Shown here one piece after another: positions 1 to 12,731 of a DNA stretch of 64,000 bases. The notes below the pieces were generated by a model. That model saw only the letters and a program-made list of their open reading frames with translations. It had not been told where the DNA came from and searched no databases. The translations under genes were made by a program, and so were the position numbers. This stretch comes from Phyllosticta citribraziliensis (lineage: Eukaryota), in the NCBI RefSeq assembly GCF_038025025.1, contig NW_027117340.1, forward strand, positions 1,240,001 through 1,304,000. The letters run 5' to 3'. Position 1 is the stretch's first letter, and each line of letters starts with the position of its first letter.

Positions 1-138
1 GAGGCCCTCAAAAACCGAGAAAGAGAATTGATGCTTGCCGAGCAGGAGATCGAGAAGCAGAGGGCCAATATGAGCAATACGGCCGGAGGCGTCAATAAGA
101 ACGGCGTCAAGTTCAAGGTCCGCGAAAGGAAGAGATGA
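1..138 (+). CDS. UTP11: 3' end of probable U3 snoRNP-associated protein Utp11 (partial)
   Basis: Frame +1 is open from base 1: EALKNRERELMLAEQEIEKQRANMSNTAGGVNKNGVKFKVRERKR*. The basic GGVNKNGVKFKVRERKR tail matches my recollection of filamentous-fungal Utp11 C-termini. Confidence 0.7.
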   Translation, partial: EALKNRERELMLAEQEIEKQRANMSNTAGGVNKNGVKFKVRERKR

Positions 139-217
139 GTTATGGCCATTACACGTTGCGTCGTCCAACCATCACACCGCCCCAATATACCCGGTTCGGA
201 CTGCTTCCATAGCACGA

Positions 218-1093
218 TTACAATTTCGCGGGCATTCTCATGGCCGCATCCAACCTTATCACTTCTCCGTTCAACATGCCGTTCTCAACAATCTGACGAA
301 CCATGAGCGCAAACTCGTGCGGCTTCCCCGGTCTCTTTGGAAATTCCATGCCCTTCTCAAGATTCTTCCTTGCGCTTTCGCTCAACCTGGCTATCATGTC
401 GGTGTCAAACAGACTGGGCGCAATGGACATGACTCTGATGCCGAAGCGTCCCAAATCCCGGGCCAAAGGCAGAGTCATGCTCAGGACTGCGCCCTTGGAA
501 GCCGCATATGCCGCCTGGCCCATTTGCGCCTCAAAAGCAGTGGAACTCGAAACCATGATGATGACGCCACGCTCCGAGTCGGGACCACTGGGGGTATTTG
601 CGGTCATGTGTGGGACGACCTGGCGTATGAGATCGAAGGTGCCGCGCAGGTTGATGTTGAGAATATGATCGAAGTCGGACAATGGCATGGGCTCATTCCT
701 CCTGTTGATAATCTGCAGAGCCAAACGACAAGTAGTCAGAAACACTTCAATGGCATTGTGACCAACCCCCTGTCTCGTCTCGCCTTGATGTCTTACCACT
801 CCCGCGTTGCCTACACCTGCTGCAGCCAAAACGCCTCCCAAGGGCACTTGTTCCTCATTTGCCCATTCGACTGATCCCTTGACTGCTGCGGCAATGCTGT
901 CTGTGTTTGTGACGTCGGTTTCAAAGAAGCGACAGCGCTCCTGTCCCAGGGCGTTGACCACATCACTGCCCGCATCGCCCTTCACGTCGAGAACCGAGAC
1001 GTATGCGCCATGAGTGTGGAGGTCTTGCGCCGTTGCGCGACCCAGGCCATTTGCCCCGCCCGAGATGATGAAGAGGCGACCACGGATTTGCAT
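218..1093 (-). CDS. Short-chain dehydrogenase, 3-hydroxyacyl-CoA dehydrogenase type 2 (HSD17B10-like)
   Basis: Rossmann motif SGGANGLG, catalytic YAASK and C-terminal NGEVIRLD. One in-frame 84-nt intron at 796..713 (GTAAGA...CAG) is read through by the ORF track. Confidence 0.92.
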   Translation of the reverse strand: MQIRGRLFIISGGANGLGRATAQDLHTHGAYVSVLDVKGDAGSDVVNALGQERCRFFETDVTNTDSIAAAVKGSVEWANEEQVPLGGVLAAAGVGNAGVVRHQGETRQGVGHNAIEVFLTTCRLALQIINRRNEPMPLSDFDHILNINLRGTFDLIRQVVPHMTANTPSGPDSERGVIIMVSSSTAFEAQMGQAAYAASKGAVLSMTLPLARDLGRFGIRVMSIAPSLFDTDMIARLSESARKNLEKGMEFPKRPGKPHEFALMVRQIVENGMLNGEVIRLDAAMRMPAKL

Positions 1094-1837
1094 TTTCGAG
1101 TCTTGCGCGCAAGTGATAAAGTTGCCAAACCCACAAACAAGCCCGCAAGCGCCGCGTTTATATCATCCAGACATCCGACGATTCCTTCACTGTACGGGAT
1201 ATTGTCATCCGTACGGAATGGAACTCCGCACACGAATCAGCGTCACCGCGCCCATTGGGTGCCATCCAGCCACGCCTCAATAGATCACCACGACTCCTGC
1301 CCAGGAAAGGGCGTAGATTCGTTGATGATGGGCTTGTGCGTTGCTTGGCAGTTGTAGTTGGCAAAATACTAGACCCGGTTCCCCGGGACGCGGACGCGGG
1401 CCCCCTCAAGCCCGACCGCCCGCGTCGCCGCCTTTTTGTGCTCCAAGGCTTCCCAAATTCCGCCGATCAACCGCCAACGGGTTTGGGTGGAGCGACTCCA
1501 TTGCTGTTTCGACTCTCGAACCACCTCAGTACAAACCCGTTGCCGCTGGGAGCTGCGCGCAAGCTCTCTCCCTCCGTCTCTCCCGTCCGCTCGCTGTTGC
1601 ATCGTCCTCTCCAACCACTCTCTTCGTCGACAATCCCGCGCCGAACCAAACCTATATCGATCCATTAATCCGCTCGTTCCACTCCACGTCTCAACGCCCT
1701 CGCGTCCACTCGGCCTTCCATCGAGGGACAGAACCAGAAGACCGAGTTGGAAACTGCGTCAATTGGACGGCACCGGCCCTCCGAGCACGAACAAACAACC
1801 CAGTCAGAAGGATCGAGAGGCAGAGCAAGATCTCGCC

Positions 1838-2555
1838 ATGGCCGCATCGGCGGCCGCAACGGGCAGCAGTGGCAGCAGTTCGGGTCCTGCAGGCCCGACG
1901 GTGACGATAGACCGCGACGCGATACCCAGGGATCCGGTGCCGACGAGACCGATTCCGCTCAAGGCAAGCCAGGAGGCGCAGGTCAAGGAGCTGTACCACG
2001 CGCGTGTGCGGCAAAAGTGCGCAGATGAGATACGAGGTACGTTGTGTTGGCCCCGATTGGTGTGTCCTCTATTGGACATGAGGTCGCCTTGGGGAACGAA
2101 AGAGCAGCGCAATTGCAAAGAGATGGATATGGATGTCGCATTGGACGCTATAGTGGCCGGGAAAAGACCTACATGATTCACTCTTAAACCACTTGTCCTC
2201 CAATGCTCATCTAGCTCCACCGTCCTAGCTGGACTGGGCACAATCGAAGAAGGGACCGTAATGCTAACGTCCTTCTCTCACAGAATTCGCAACATGCGCC
2301 AGCAACCGCACCTTCACGGCCACCTTTGCCTGCCGGGCGCAGCGGCTGACCATGAACAGCTGCATGGTGGGCTATGCGACGCAGGAGGAGTTGGACCGCG
2401 CGCGAGAGGAGTGGTGGGCAACGCGCAGCCTGCGCAAGGCCGAGCGCGATGCCAAGGAGCGCAAGCGCGTCGAGCAGGAGAAGTTCCACCGCGAGTGGTG
2501 GGGGCTTGATGAGAATGGCAGGAGAAAGTTGGCGGAGAAGAAGGCCAAAGAGTAA
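1838..2555 (+). CDS. CMC1: Mitochondrial COX assembly twin-CX9C protein (Cmc1 family)
   Basis: Exons 1838-2036 and 2284-2555; intron GTACGT...GCTAAC...CAG. The spliced protein reads KCADEIREFATC...FACRAQRLTMNSCM...ELDRAREEW, with two CX9C motifs. Confidence 0.82.
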
Positions 2556-2961
2556 ATGTGGGAGCAAGAAGTAAAGGGTGTTGGACTGTCACCAAAGAGG
2601 AAAAAGAGATGGTGTGCAATGACCATGTTAGACTTTGCTCGTCTGAAGGACGAGATACTTGTGTGTATTTTATGCGCACGGATGGGGTGCTGCGCTTCTC
2701 CATGTATAGCTTTCTTTGAACCCAAAACTCCTCCATTCAGCCCATCCAAGTTCTCTTCACCAGCGCCTCGAAAGCCACGGTCTCCCTTCATATCGATAGG
2801 CTCCACTCCGCGGGATCCATCCATCATGACATATATCCCATGCTCCCTTGTGATGAGAACCCCCATGACGAATAAGCGCCATAAAACGCCGTGCGCCTTC
2901 TTGTCCGAAGACCAATGTCTGTCCATGCCAACGTGCCTCGTCTTTTTGCTTTGGATGGCGC

Positions 2962-3876
2962 CTAGGCGTCCATCATCTGGCTGTCGCCGCCGCTGCCGCC
3001 ACCACCTCCGCTGCCAACGCCCATGACTTCCTCAAACTCATCCTGGTCGTCCTCATCGTCACCCTCCTGCCCTCCCATTTCCTGGACACCCTCCATCCTC
3101 TCCCCGCCGTTGACGCCATCGCCTCCACCTTGTTGCCCCGACATATCGACATCGCCGTCGTCGTCCCCGTCATCTTCAATCTCGCTCTCCCACTCCTCCT
3201 TGAGATTCCACCCGGCGCCCGTGAAGCAATACCGCTCAGGCGGCAGACGCACGCCGTACTCGCGCTCAGGCTTGGGGAGGCCGACGCGATTCTTCTCCGT
3301 GCCGAGCTCGAGCAGGAACTCCTTGGGCAGCGTTGGGTTGAACTGGTAGTTGAGGCGGCTGGCGATGGCGCTGCGCACCGCGCCGAGGCTGACGCTACCT
3401 TCCTGCTGCGCGGCGGGGGCCGATTGCGCGCTGCCCTTGCCCGTCGTCGGTACTTGTGCTGTCGTTTCGGCGTTGATGGACACGGCGTCGGACAGCACGC
3501 CGGCCGTGTAGCGGTATGCGAAGTCGAGGAGCTGGAGAGGCACGCGCTCTTGATATGCTTGGACGCCTTGGTGGGCAAGAACCATGTGGATGAGCCGCGC
3601 GTCTTTGGGCCGCTTGCCCAGTCCAGAGTCGGATATGGAGGTGGGTGGTTGGGCCGGCTGCGGTGGCTGCTGCGATGCGGGTTGCGCTGTCAAGGCATTG
3701 TTGTTTGTGGGTGCTGCGCCGTCGTTAAGCGCCGTCGCGTTGTTATTTGTTGTTGCGCCTGGCGCGGCGCTGCTGCTGGGCGGCGTGCTTGTGTTGGCTG
3801 CTGCTTGCCCGCTGGCATTGGGATTCGTAGGCGTCGTGATGCCGTTTGGCGCGTCGCCAGTTGCGGGCGATGCCAT
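2962..3876 (-). CDS. TAF9: TFIID/SAGA subunit TAF9
   Basis: Histone-fold signature RPKDARLIHMVLAHQGVQAYQERVPLQLLDFAYRYT, then KNRVGLP...GVRLPPERYC and an acidic tail. Confidence 0.95.
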   Translation of the reverse strand: MASPATGDAPNGITTPTNPNASGQAAANTSTPPSSSAAPGATTNNNATALNDGAAPTNNNALTAQPASQQPPQPAQPPTSISDSGLGKRPKDARLIHMVLAHQGVQAYQERVPLQLLDFAYRYTAGVLSDAVSINAETTAQVPTTGKGSAQSAPAAQQEGSVSLGAVRSAIASRLNYQFNPTLPKEFLLELGTEKNRVGLPKPEREYGVRLPPERYCFTGAGWNLKEEWESEIEDDGDDDGDVDMSGQQGGGDGVNGGERMEGVQEMGGQEGDDEDDQDEFEEVMGVGSGGGGGSGGDSQMMDA

Positions 3877-4639
3877 GGTGGGAGTGGGCGACGCTCCAGC
3901 AGCAATGCTTGTAGACCGGAGGTGAGGTTGTGTCGTTCGAATGGGTGTCGAGGTGGAGCTGTGATGGTTGGTGGTGGTAGTGGTGGTGGAGCGGCCAGGG
4001 CGCGTTCCTAGCGGACCACCGACTGGATAACCCGCTCTGTAGGGCTGTCCCGCCTCACATGCACTCGCCTCGATACGGATTAGCGCTCACTTTCTTACAA
4101 CTTCAATCGCAGCATGAAGAGCCCAATGCGTCAAACAATTGTCATTGTACGAAGAGTAAATTCGTGCCCAACGTCACACTTCAAGCCTCAAGGCCCCACC
4201 TGACCAATCATTCTCCCAAACCCTATTCGCCCACGAAATCTATTCAAGCCACGACAGCGCTCCATGCTTCCACTGCTCAGGACACCCTTTGGCACCAACA
4301 GCACTCGTCGCTGGGGGCATCGGATCCTTCGATCTCAAACCATGACACGGGTTACTTGTACTCGCAGGTTACGCAGTGTGGTGACGCTATACATCCCAAG
4401 TTAACAGGAGGACTGGCTTTCTGGGAGCGATCGGATGGCTAAACCAAGGGGGTGCGTAACGTGTAATGGTATAGCTTCAAGTGGAACGACTATGATGAAT
4501 AGGCAGAAAATGACAAACGCCACGCCATGCATGTGCTGATAAGAGTGTGGTGTACAACGAGAAGATCCGGTGACGCCGTCCCAGTGCCCTCTCAATGCCA
4601 AAAGTATGCAACGCCGTTGATCCTTGGGCTCGACGTCTG

Positions 4640-7084
4640 TCAGGCCTCTGCCCCCCTTTCGTTCGACTCTTCGGCGTGCAACACCCGTGCCAGGTCCTTC
4701 AAGTCTTCTTTGGTTGGCTGTGCTTCGGACTGCGGACCTGGCGAGTCGGAGTCGAGATCGAGCTCGTCTAGTTGCTTGTCCAGCTCCAAAGCTTCTTCTT
4801 CATCAATTTCCAGGTCGCCTTCTTCGTCATCCTCATAGTCTTCTTCCTCCTGCTCCGTGTCTTCATCGTCTTCCTCCTCTTCATCGACGTCGCCCTCGAC
4901 GCTTTCCATTATGCTGTCTTCCATATGCCCAGTCTCATCGATGCTATCCCTGCTCATGTAGCTTGCTTCGAGATCTCCTTCATCATCTTCGGCTTCGGCT
5001 TCGTCTTCGCTGCGCAAGCTTGTTTCATCAGGTTCTTCGTCTTCGTCGCTATCGCTCGCTGAAAATTCGTCCAGTTCGAGTGGCTTGTCGCGCCAGTAGT
5101 TGAAGTCGGTGAATTCTTCCGCGCCGTTCTGAACAAGGAGGCCTACAGGAGGGAAGAAGTGATCGACAATCTCGCGCATGGATGTATAACCAGTCTTGTA
5201 TTTATTGAGGGACAGCAGATCAAGACTGACTTCGGAATTCGCGTTGATGGTGAAAATCCTGGTGGATGGGATGTTAACAGAGCGGTAGCTGAGCGCGTCC
5301 GTAAATCTGTTTCCGAATCCAGCGTAGAAGGGGGTTTCGCCCTGAGGTTTGTTGAACAACCCCATAATATCTCTCAGACACGCCATTTTGAAGACCTCAG
5401 GCTTGCGGAGGTATACTTCGCGCCTCAGCGCTGCCATGGTGCGATCAGGGCTCATGATTACCGGTCCTTTAGGGAGACGGTAGCCTTCTTGGACTACGCC
5501 GTTGAGGTAGGCGCGGGTCGTGTCAGCCTGACCAACCGAACGAGAGGTTAGATACAAAAGATTGTAGCCGTTTGTCGCAATGTCGGTGTACAGCTTAGCA
5601 ACACCAAGATGTGTCCAGTCTCGGCCAAGCATATTCAGGACATGTCCAAGCGCATCAGATCTACAGGAGTCAGAGAAATCAACAAGACGAGTGAGAGGAC
5701 TTACTTTGTGATAGTCCCATCAATGTCAGAAATCACAACTGGTACATTGTGCCTCCAGTAATAAATAGAGGCCTGACAGGTCGCACGATTGACTGTGAAA
5801 GTCATCGTATTTTCGCCAGACTTGAGCTTGAGTGCTTGAAGTTGCTCGTTTGTCAGTCGCAAGGTCTTAGCATAATTTTTGCTGGAGTCACCGCCGGCCA
5901 TCTTTTCCGGGGACTTGGGAGGGGTGAGCAGGCCAACACCACTGTCGGAATCCCGCCTGGAGTGATGAGCTCCGATTTCAGTTTCGGCGTCGCTTCCAGC
6001 TTCATCGCTGTGGTAGCCAGGATCGCTTATGGCGTCGGACGACCTGATGGCCTCGGGGTTCAGTCCAGTCAGCGCGTGTCTCCGAGTTGCAGCGTCCTTG
6101 GCTTCTTCACTGCTGTAAATCCAAAGATTGCCTTTCTCGTCGGCAGATATCAAGGATCCAATGTCATAATTGCCCTCCAATTCTTCGGCCAGGATTTTCC
6201 TCGCGAGAACCTCTGCTCGAAGGGCATGCTCCTCATTGTCTTTGCTACTTTTGTATCCGGTCATGTCTAGCATCAGATCGCCACTCTCCGTCACCTGGGA
6301 AGGAATGTTGGAGGTCCACAGCTTTTTCGAGAGGTTCATCGCTCGTGCGACTGCTTCGCTGTGAGAGACGGGAGGCGGGCTAGTCGAGCGGTGGGGCATG
6401 TCCCCCGGTTCAGGGTCCTTGACAACCGTAGGGGCCGTGGTGTGCGCTTTAGTCAACGAATGCTTCATAGACGGTATGAGCGCGTCACTTTGGGCGCGGT
6501 CGAAATCTAGCTGTGGCCGTTGAGTTGTCCGAGGCATGGTCTGCGACCAGTCCCCCGAGCTCGAGCGTTCCACGGTCGGACTGACAGCGTCACCTGGCTC
6601 ATGTCAGTCGTTTGAACATTTTATGGATCGACGCGCTCCTCGTACCAAGATCGCTCATGGCCCTAGATCTTCCCCGCTCGTCTTGTCCGTCGGTTGCCAG
6701 GTCCAAGGGTTCGGGTTCAGACAAGCCATCGGATGACTGCGATCCAGCTGGTTGGGCCTCAGGACTTTGCGCCGGCGAAACCAAAGGCGAAGTTTGGAGC
6801 GACTCGGGGATGCTGGCGGAGGTTTCGAAAACAAAAAAGGCCTCGCCGCCTTCGCCCAGTTTCATGGCATAGTCCTGCTTGACGCCATTTACTTTGAACT
6901 CAACCTTCTTTTCGAAGGGGCGCAGAAGCGAAAACTTTCCAAAACGAACGTGAAAAGGCGAACAGGCCAGGGATCCATCTTCGTGCTCAACGACAATGAC
7001 GTCGATCGCGCCGGACAAGGTGGCAGGGTTGATGGAATTCCACGTCTTGGAGACCGAGCTCCCTAGTCCCCGGACGTATTGCAT
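4640..7084 (-). CDS. PAH1: Lipin / phosphatidate phosphatase (Pah1/Ned1/Smp2)
   Basis: N-LIP domain MQYVRGLGSSVSKTWNSINPATLSGAIDVIVV...SPFHVRFGKF and HAD motif DIDGTITK|SDALG. Introns at 6645..6594 and 5704..5661 join three ORF-track fragments. Confidence 0.97.
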
Positions 7085-7825
7085 CGTGCGTGTAGGAGAA
7101 AAAGGTGGGCGTGGGCAGGCTTTCGTCAAGATGGAATAGTGGCTCAACAGCGGCGCAAGTTGTTGGGTCGAGCCAAAGTCCAGCGCCGCGGCGGGCGGAG
7201 AAGAATGTGCACAAACGGAAAGGAGCGGCGAGGGATGGAAGACGAAGGGAGCGGTCGCAAACAGGGTCTAGGCGGATCAGGAGGTTTATAACGGCACTCG
7301 CATCGTGTCCCAGATCTAGGAGCAGGACGAGGGGCGTATGATGGGGAGCGTCACGAGCGGCGGAGAGCCGCGTGCGGGCCGAGCTGGGGATATGAGTGGG
7401 CCACCCGACAAGGCTGGCTGGCACTGGGTATCGGATGGCTGGCCGGGGCAGCGACGGGAGACGCGATGGCGAAAGCTGGTTGAGCGGCGGCCGGACGAGG
7501 TGGACGTATCGATGGAGATGACTGCTGCGGAGAAGAGCTGACGGGAGGGAGTGTCTGGTGTTGGAAAAAAGAGCCACTGACTGTCCGGACGTCGCAAGTC
7601 GTTCCCGGTCCTGCGCTAAGGGACAGCCAGCCCAGGTCCCGCGGAGTCGATTGCGTGGTCGGTGCGCCAGCCAAGAGTCAGTCCCTCCAGGTCTGCGGCA
7701 GTCAGGATTCCCGCAACACCTCGACACTGCAAACTCCAACTTTTGCCATTATTTGCTATACCACATCCATGTGCAGCTCTGCCCCCGCCTGCACCTAACC
7801 TCCTCGCCCCTGGAGCGGCACGGCC

Positions 7826-10800
7826 ATGCCTTCGCCAGACATCATCGCCCACTGGCCCGTACGCGCTGCCGGCATGGAGCCGCTCGACGCCCTCACCTCT
7901 GCTCCGTCCTTGAAGGCTCTGGCTACGTTTGCCGCCTTGCTATGGTGCGCGCTGACTGCTCCACCTCATCTAAGCACTATCCTGACTAACTTCCGCCTCA
8001 GGCTCGTCTACCGCACTTGGAAGGTCATGGCCATCAGGGAAGATGACCTTATCAAACTTCTCGGCCTCGACGTGCCCGCCGCACCTGTCGTTTCCCTCGT
8101 TGCAATCAAGGCCGATGGCGCTGTCCTCCACTGGGAACTTTCAGAACCCCGCAGTGCCGTTCAGGCATATCAGATCAAGGTCAATGGCGTGCTAGGTTGA
8201 GCAACACCCCCCCGAGCTATGATTCCAACTGACTCCTGGCAGTGGAAGAAGTAGGCCCCAAGGACACCTCGATAAACATCACCAACCTCCGACCTGCTAC
8301 GGCCTTCACTGTGCGCGTCGTTGCCATCAACCACCACAACTTTCACACACAAAGCGAGCCCGTCCGATTCAGAACGAAACCGCCTTCCTCGGACGACTTT
8401 TTCGACTTCGCCGCGTACCAACGAGCCGTCGAGGTTGCTCACGACGATGACCACGAGGAGGATGAAAATTGGTGGGTCGAGGCGAAAGTTGCGCCTTGTA
8501 AAAACTTCTTGGAACCTCCATCGCCAGCTCTCCCGCCCGCCGACATGGTTAGATCTCATAGCAACAGCCAGTCGCACCCACGGAGGGTACAGCTTCCACG
8601 ACGCATTTCTCCTGCGACGGCCAACTCGTTCCACCAAGATGAGACAAACGAGGATCCAAAGTCGGGCGAGACTGAAGCGCAGTTGCAAGCAGAAGGCGAC
8701 AGATTGCGGGCGGACATCGCGACCACAAGAAAAGCAATAGAGGAGGAAGAAAAAAATTTCAAGGAGCAGAAGGAGGTGTATAGCCAACGCCACAACGAAC
8801 TCAAGGATGAGCTTGCTCGCAAGACTGCTGCCAGTTCAGAACTGAGGAAGGAGGTTGTGAATCTGGAAAAAGAGAATCAAAGGGCCCAGGCGAAGAAGGC
8901 AGCCGAGGAAAAGGCTCTGCAACAAAAGGCTGCGGAACGAAAGAAAATGGCTGATGATGCGCAAAGATTTAAGGCCGAGATAGACGAGATGGCAGCAGAA
9001 ATCGATCGCACAGGCCTGGAGAAAGAACAGCGGCTGGCCAAAGCGGAGAACGAAACGAAACGCTTCCGGGAAAAGCAAGCGGAAGAGCTGGCCACTATTC
9101 GCACGCTGGAGGAGTCTGTGAGAGAAATCGGAATCCAAAACAGAGTGTTGGAAGAGGAACGCAAAAAGCTGGAGACTGGAGAGGCTGATCCGGAGGCGCA
9201 AAGGAGGACAGAGTGGGCAAAAGAGGAAAAGGATTGGGGCGAAAAGATACGTGCTCTACAGCAGAGATATCAGGTTGCTTGGGCTGGCTTGCAAACCGCT
9301 GAACGAACGTACGCAGAGGCTCAGAACCAGCTCCAAGTTGTCTCCTCCAGAGCCTCGAATCAGCCCAATCCGTATCGTCAGCCTCCAATTCTGGATGAAG
9401 CCCCGTCTCGAGGAACCAGCCAGAGACAAAGGCAACATGCTGGCAGCTTGGGCAACGAGAATTTCTCGGCTGCTCCCGGGACGTTTCCTGTCACCACCTC
9501 CACCCCTTATAGTAACCCTAGCATTGCCAGCATCTCCCCCACGGTCACGTCATCATCGCCGTTCTTCAACTTTGCTAATGGGGCAGCACCTATAACGGCG
9601 CATCGAGAAAGTAGCTTTTCAGCTGCAGAGTTCGAGGCATTGACCGGTGGCGCACCCATGAGCCCCAACGCTGGCCTTCTGTTACCTTCGGACCTGTTCT
9701 CGAGCGAAACGGACAGATCTACGTATGCTGGACTCGACCACAACGGCAGGAACAGCGCCGGATCATTCGGAAACTTGACAGGTCCGCCAGGGGGGCCGCC
9801 TATCCCGGGCCTGGGGGCTATCCAGGCCCAAGAAGCAAACAAAAGTCCCAGCTCCCCAGTTTCTACCCACAGTCAATCGCCTAGCTATTTTGCGAGCCCT
9901 AGAGGAAGCTCCGGACAGCTGCACATGCGTTATCCGCAGGAAGGCATTGATAGTGACACGAGATCGATAAATTCGCTTTCTGGCTCGGGGAGGGTTGTGA
10001 CTGGCGCAACAATCCAAAGCCGGTTCAACCAATTGTTTAATCGTCAACGGGGCAAGACCGTATCCGACGATGGCCCTGTTTTTGGGTCGCTAAAAAGCTC
10101 CCAGAGTCACTCTTTGCCACGTCCTGAGCACGAAGAACTCCCTCCCATAGGCGCGCCACGCCGTCGAGGTAGTCACTCTGGGTCGAGCTGGATGGAATCG
10201 ATAAAGCCCTTTCGCACCTCGGTACCTCCCTTGGGAACGAATAGTCCCAGTCATGTTCAAACACGCAAAAGAGCTTTCAAATTCTTCCCTAGCAAAGAGG
10301 AAGAGTCCACATGGCCACCTGGCTTTGGTCCGGAAAGATCCTCGTCTCCCCGCCCAGGCTCCACCAAGTCGTTTGGTGAAAATCAGCTCCCCCGACCGTC
10401 TACTGAGAGTTCCCAGCGCTTCGGATGGACAGCTGAGCCCACTGGTCAACGATCGTCTCCTTTGAGCGCAGCCGATCTGGGCATTAATGCCGCCCTCAAC
10501 TCCATGAACTCATTTTCGCGCCAACCTTCTCGCAGACCTTCGGTTCAGCATGGTCCACCCGGACTGGGCTACGATGAATCTATCGATGATGAGTTCGATT
10601 ATCCCCAGGACAACCGCTCCCCTCAACAGGCGCCAATTGGCACACGTCCCCAGTCCCAACCCCAGCCGACCCCGTCAACTCCTCCGAGCGGCAAATTGAA
10701 TCCAGCGGCGCCCAACTTCCGATCTTTTTGGACTCGCTCTGCGGACAAGGCCAAAACCGAAAAGGAAAAGGTGGACAAGAAGAACAAGGGCAAGTCCAAA

Positions 10801-11559
10801 GCCAAAGAGCCCTCTTTTTCAGGACTTGATGGCACGGATGAACGTCCCACTTCTGCAACCGATTTTGCTATTGGCACCACATCCACCTTGTACCCGCCCT
10901 CGTCCTCGACTGGTGCTTCAGACGTGTTCAACCTCAAAGGTGGCGATCTCTCGCCTACGCTGACACGAAAATCGCGCGACAGCCACACAGGCCGCGACCG
11001 CAGTAGCACTGTTGCAAGCAGCGTGGCTGAGACCGCAAGCTTGTCCCTGTCCACCAGCTGGAGCCCGCGACCCAGCCTTGACCGAACCGAGTCTCGCTCC
11101 GAAAGCGTGGCTGCAGCCGGCACCAGCGTGGGCAAGGAAAGTTGGATGAGCAAGCTCAGCCGGAAAAGCAGTTCATCCAAGTTCAGCCTTCCAGGTACGG
11201 GCGGGAGTAGCGGTGAAAAGAAGGGTGGCTTCTTTTCTCGCAGCGAAAAGAAGAACAGTAGCAGTTTCGAGGACGCGGATGATGGCGACGGCGCCTCGAC
11301 AGAGCCCCCTACTCCAGCTCTGTGTGGTAGCAGCGCGGCAAGCAGCCCAGCTGTCGGAGGGGAGCAACGTGGAAAAGACGAAAAGAAGGCCGATCGGTCA
11401 AGTGGATTGAGCTGGTCCAGTTTCCGCAAGAAGAGAAAGACGGCGAGTCTGGCAGAGAGTCTGCAAAGCGAGAAGACGGAAGAAGACGAGCGCGAACGTG
11501 ACCGGGAACAGCGCGAGGATTACAAAGACCCCGAAGGCTTGGGTGTCTTTTCAGCCTGA
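7826..11559 (+). CDS. Fibronectin type III domain plus coiled-coil protein with N-terminal hydrophobic segment
   Basis: FN3-like LHWELSEP...YQIKVNG...ITNLRPATAFTVRVVAIN, a long coiled coil and a Ser/Pro-rich tail with LNPAAPNF (PAM2-like). Introns at 7945-8001 (in-frame) and 8196-8242. Confidence 0.85.
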
Positions 11560-12359
11560 GCTTTCTTTCTCCTTGACTTATTTTTCGTCAGAATCCGGCG
11601 CACTATGGAGTCGGGACCGCTGCTTTTTTATTTGTTTTAAGAGAGATGAGAGAAGGCAAGCTGTCACAGTCGTTTTAGCGAAGCGCGCACTCAGTGGACA
11701 GGGCCATTGCTCGCTGTCCCCGCTACTGCATACATACACACACTTTCAGCGAGATAGCATCGATCGGCGTTTGAGCATACACACTTTTCCCGGTTTTCGA
11801 ATAGTTGAGGAGGGCCAAGTGACCTACGGGCCTTGGAAAAGCGAATTCAAAGCAATCGGATATCTTTCGCTTCAAATACCCAGTTTGAAGGATGCGTGAA
11901 GGGTGAGAACTTGCCAGCATCTGTCAAGCGACGGAAATGGAATCGGTTCCTGGTTTGTAACAGGGCAGTAAGGTTGAAACCGCATTTCAACGCACCCCAC
12001 ATGATCGAACCAAGACTGACAGGCTTTTAGGGACGAAATAGAAGGAGATCCCTCTATCAAAAGCATCACACCACTGCTCAGGCCTTTCCAACTTTAACGA
12101 AGATTGTCATGGACAACTGCCATTATTTTCATGTACCGACATACAACAACCTTGATTCAAAAAGTCATCTACAAACCAGCTCGTTCTCGTCGAAAAACCA
12201 CCAATTTTCTAGAAACTTTCAGGGCCCAACCATCCAGCTCCAATAGCCGACTCCGAATCAACCACACCGCTCAGATTATTCGCCAGCGCTTGTCACGGTT
12301 ACAAGTACGCCGCCATTCGCGTTCCCACGCCCGCAGCGTTTCTGTTTCATCCTTCCCAA

Positions 12360-12591
12360 GTGACTTTCTTCGACGGCGAACTCGCCGGCGTACTCGCCCA
12401 AAACACGGAGCACGACCACGCAATCGACCTCGAGGACGGTCGCACGCCACCGCGGTTGCCCATCTGCAACCTCTCTGAGCGAGAATTGGGTATACTCAGG
12501 GGTAAATGGGAGAAGGCCCCGCGCCTCGGGTGGATCAGACCCGGCAAGTCGCCCGCAGGCAACAATCCTATCCGTTCCGAAGCTCGACGGG
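12360..12591 (+). mobile_element. Degenerate Ty3/gypsy LTR-retrotransposon pol fragment (start of RT)
   Basis: HDHAIDLEDGRTPPRLPICNLSERELGILR...GWIRPGKSPAG then, after a frameshift, TILSVPKLDG. This matches the gypsy consensus DHAIDL..PP..P.Y.LS.EL..L...GWIRPS.SPAGAPILFVPKKDG. No LTRs or remainder of pol were seen. Confidence 0.82.
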
Positions 12592-12731
12592 ATTGCCTCA
12601 GCACCTCGCCGTACTACTTGTTGCTCATTATCCCTAGGTCTGGAAGCAATGGCCCGTGGGTATGTTCTGGTGGCAAGGCCTGCCCAGGCACATTCCTTCC
12701 TCGACGGGGGGGGCATTTGTTGCTGCTCCTG

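Noticed and set aside
2037..2283. Long (247-nt) CMC1 intron as a possible snoRNA host
   Set aside because: No convincing box C/D pair with terminal stem or H/ACA architecture could be seen.
4492..4539. ATGATGA...CTGA resembling C/D boxes
   Set aside because: Only ~48 nt, no rRNA guide recognised, and it lies antisense in the probable PAH1 3' region.
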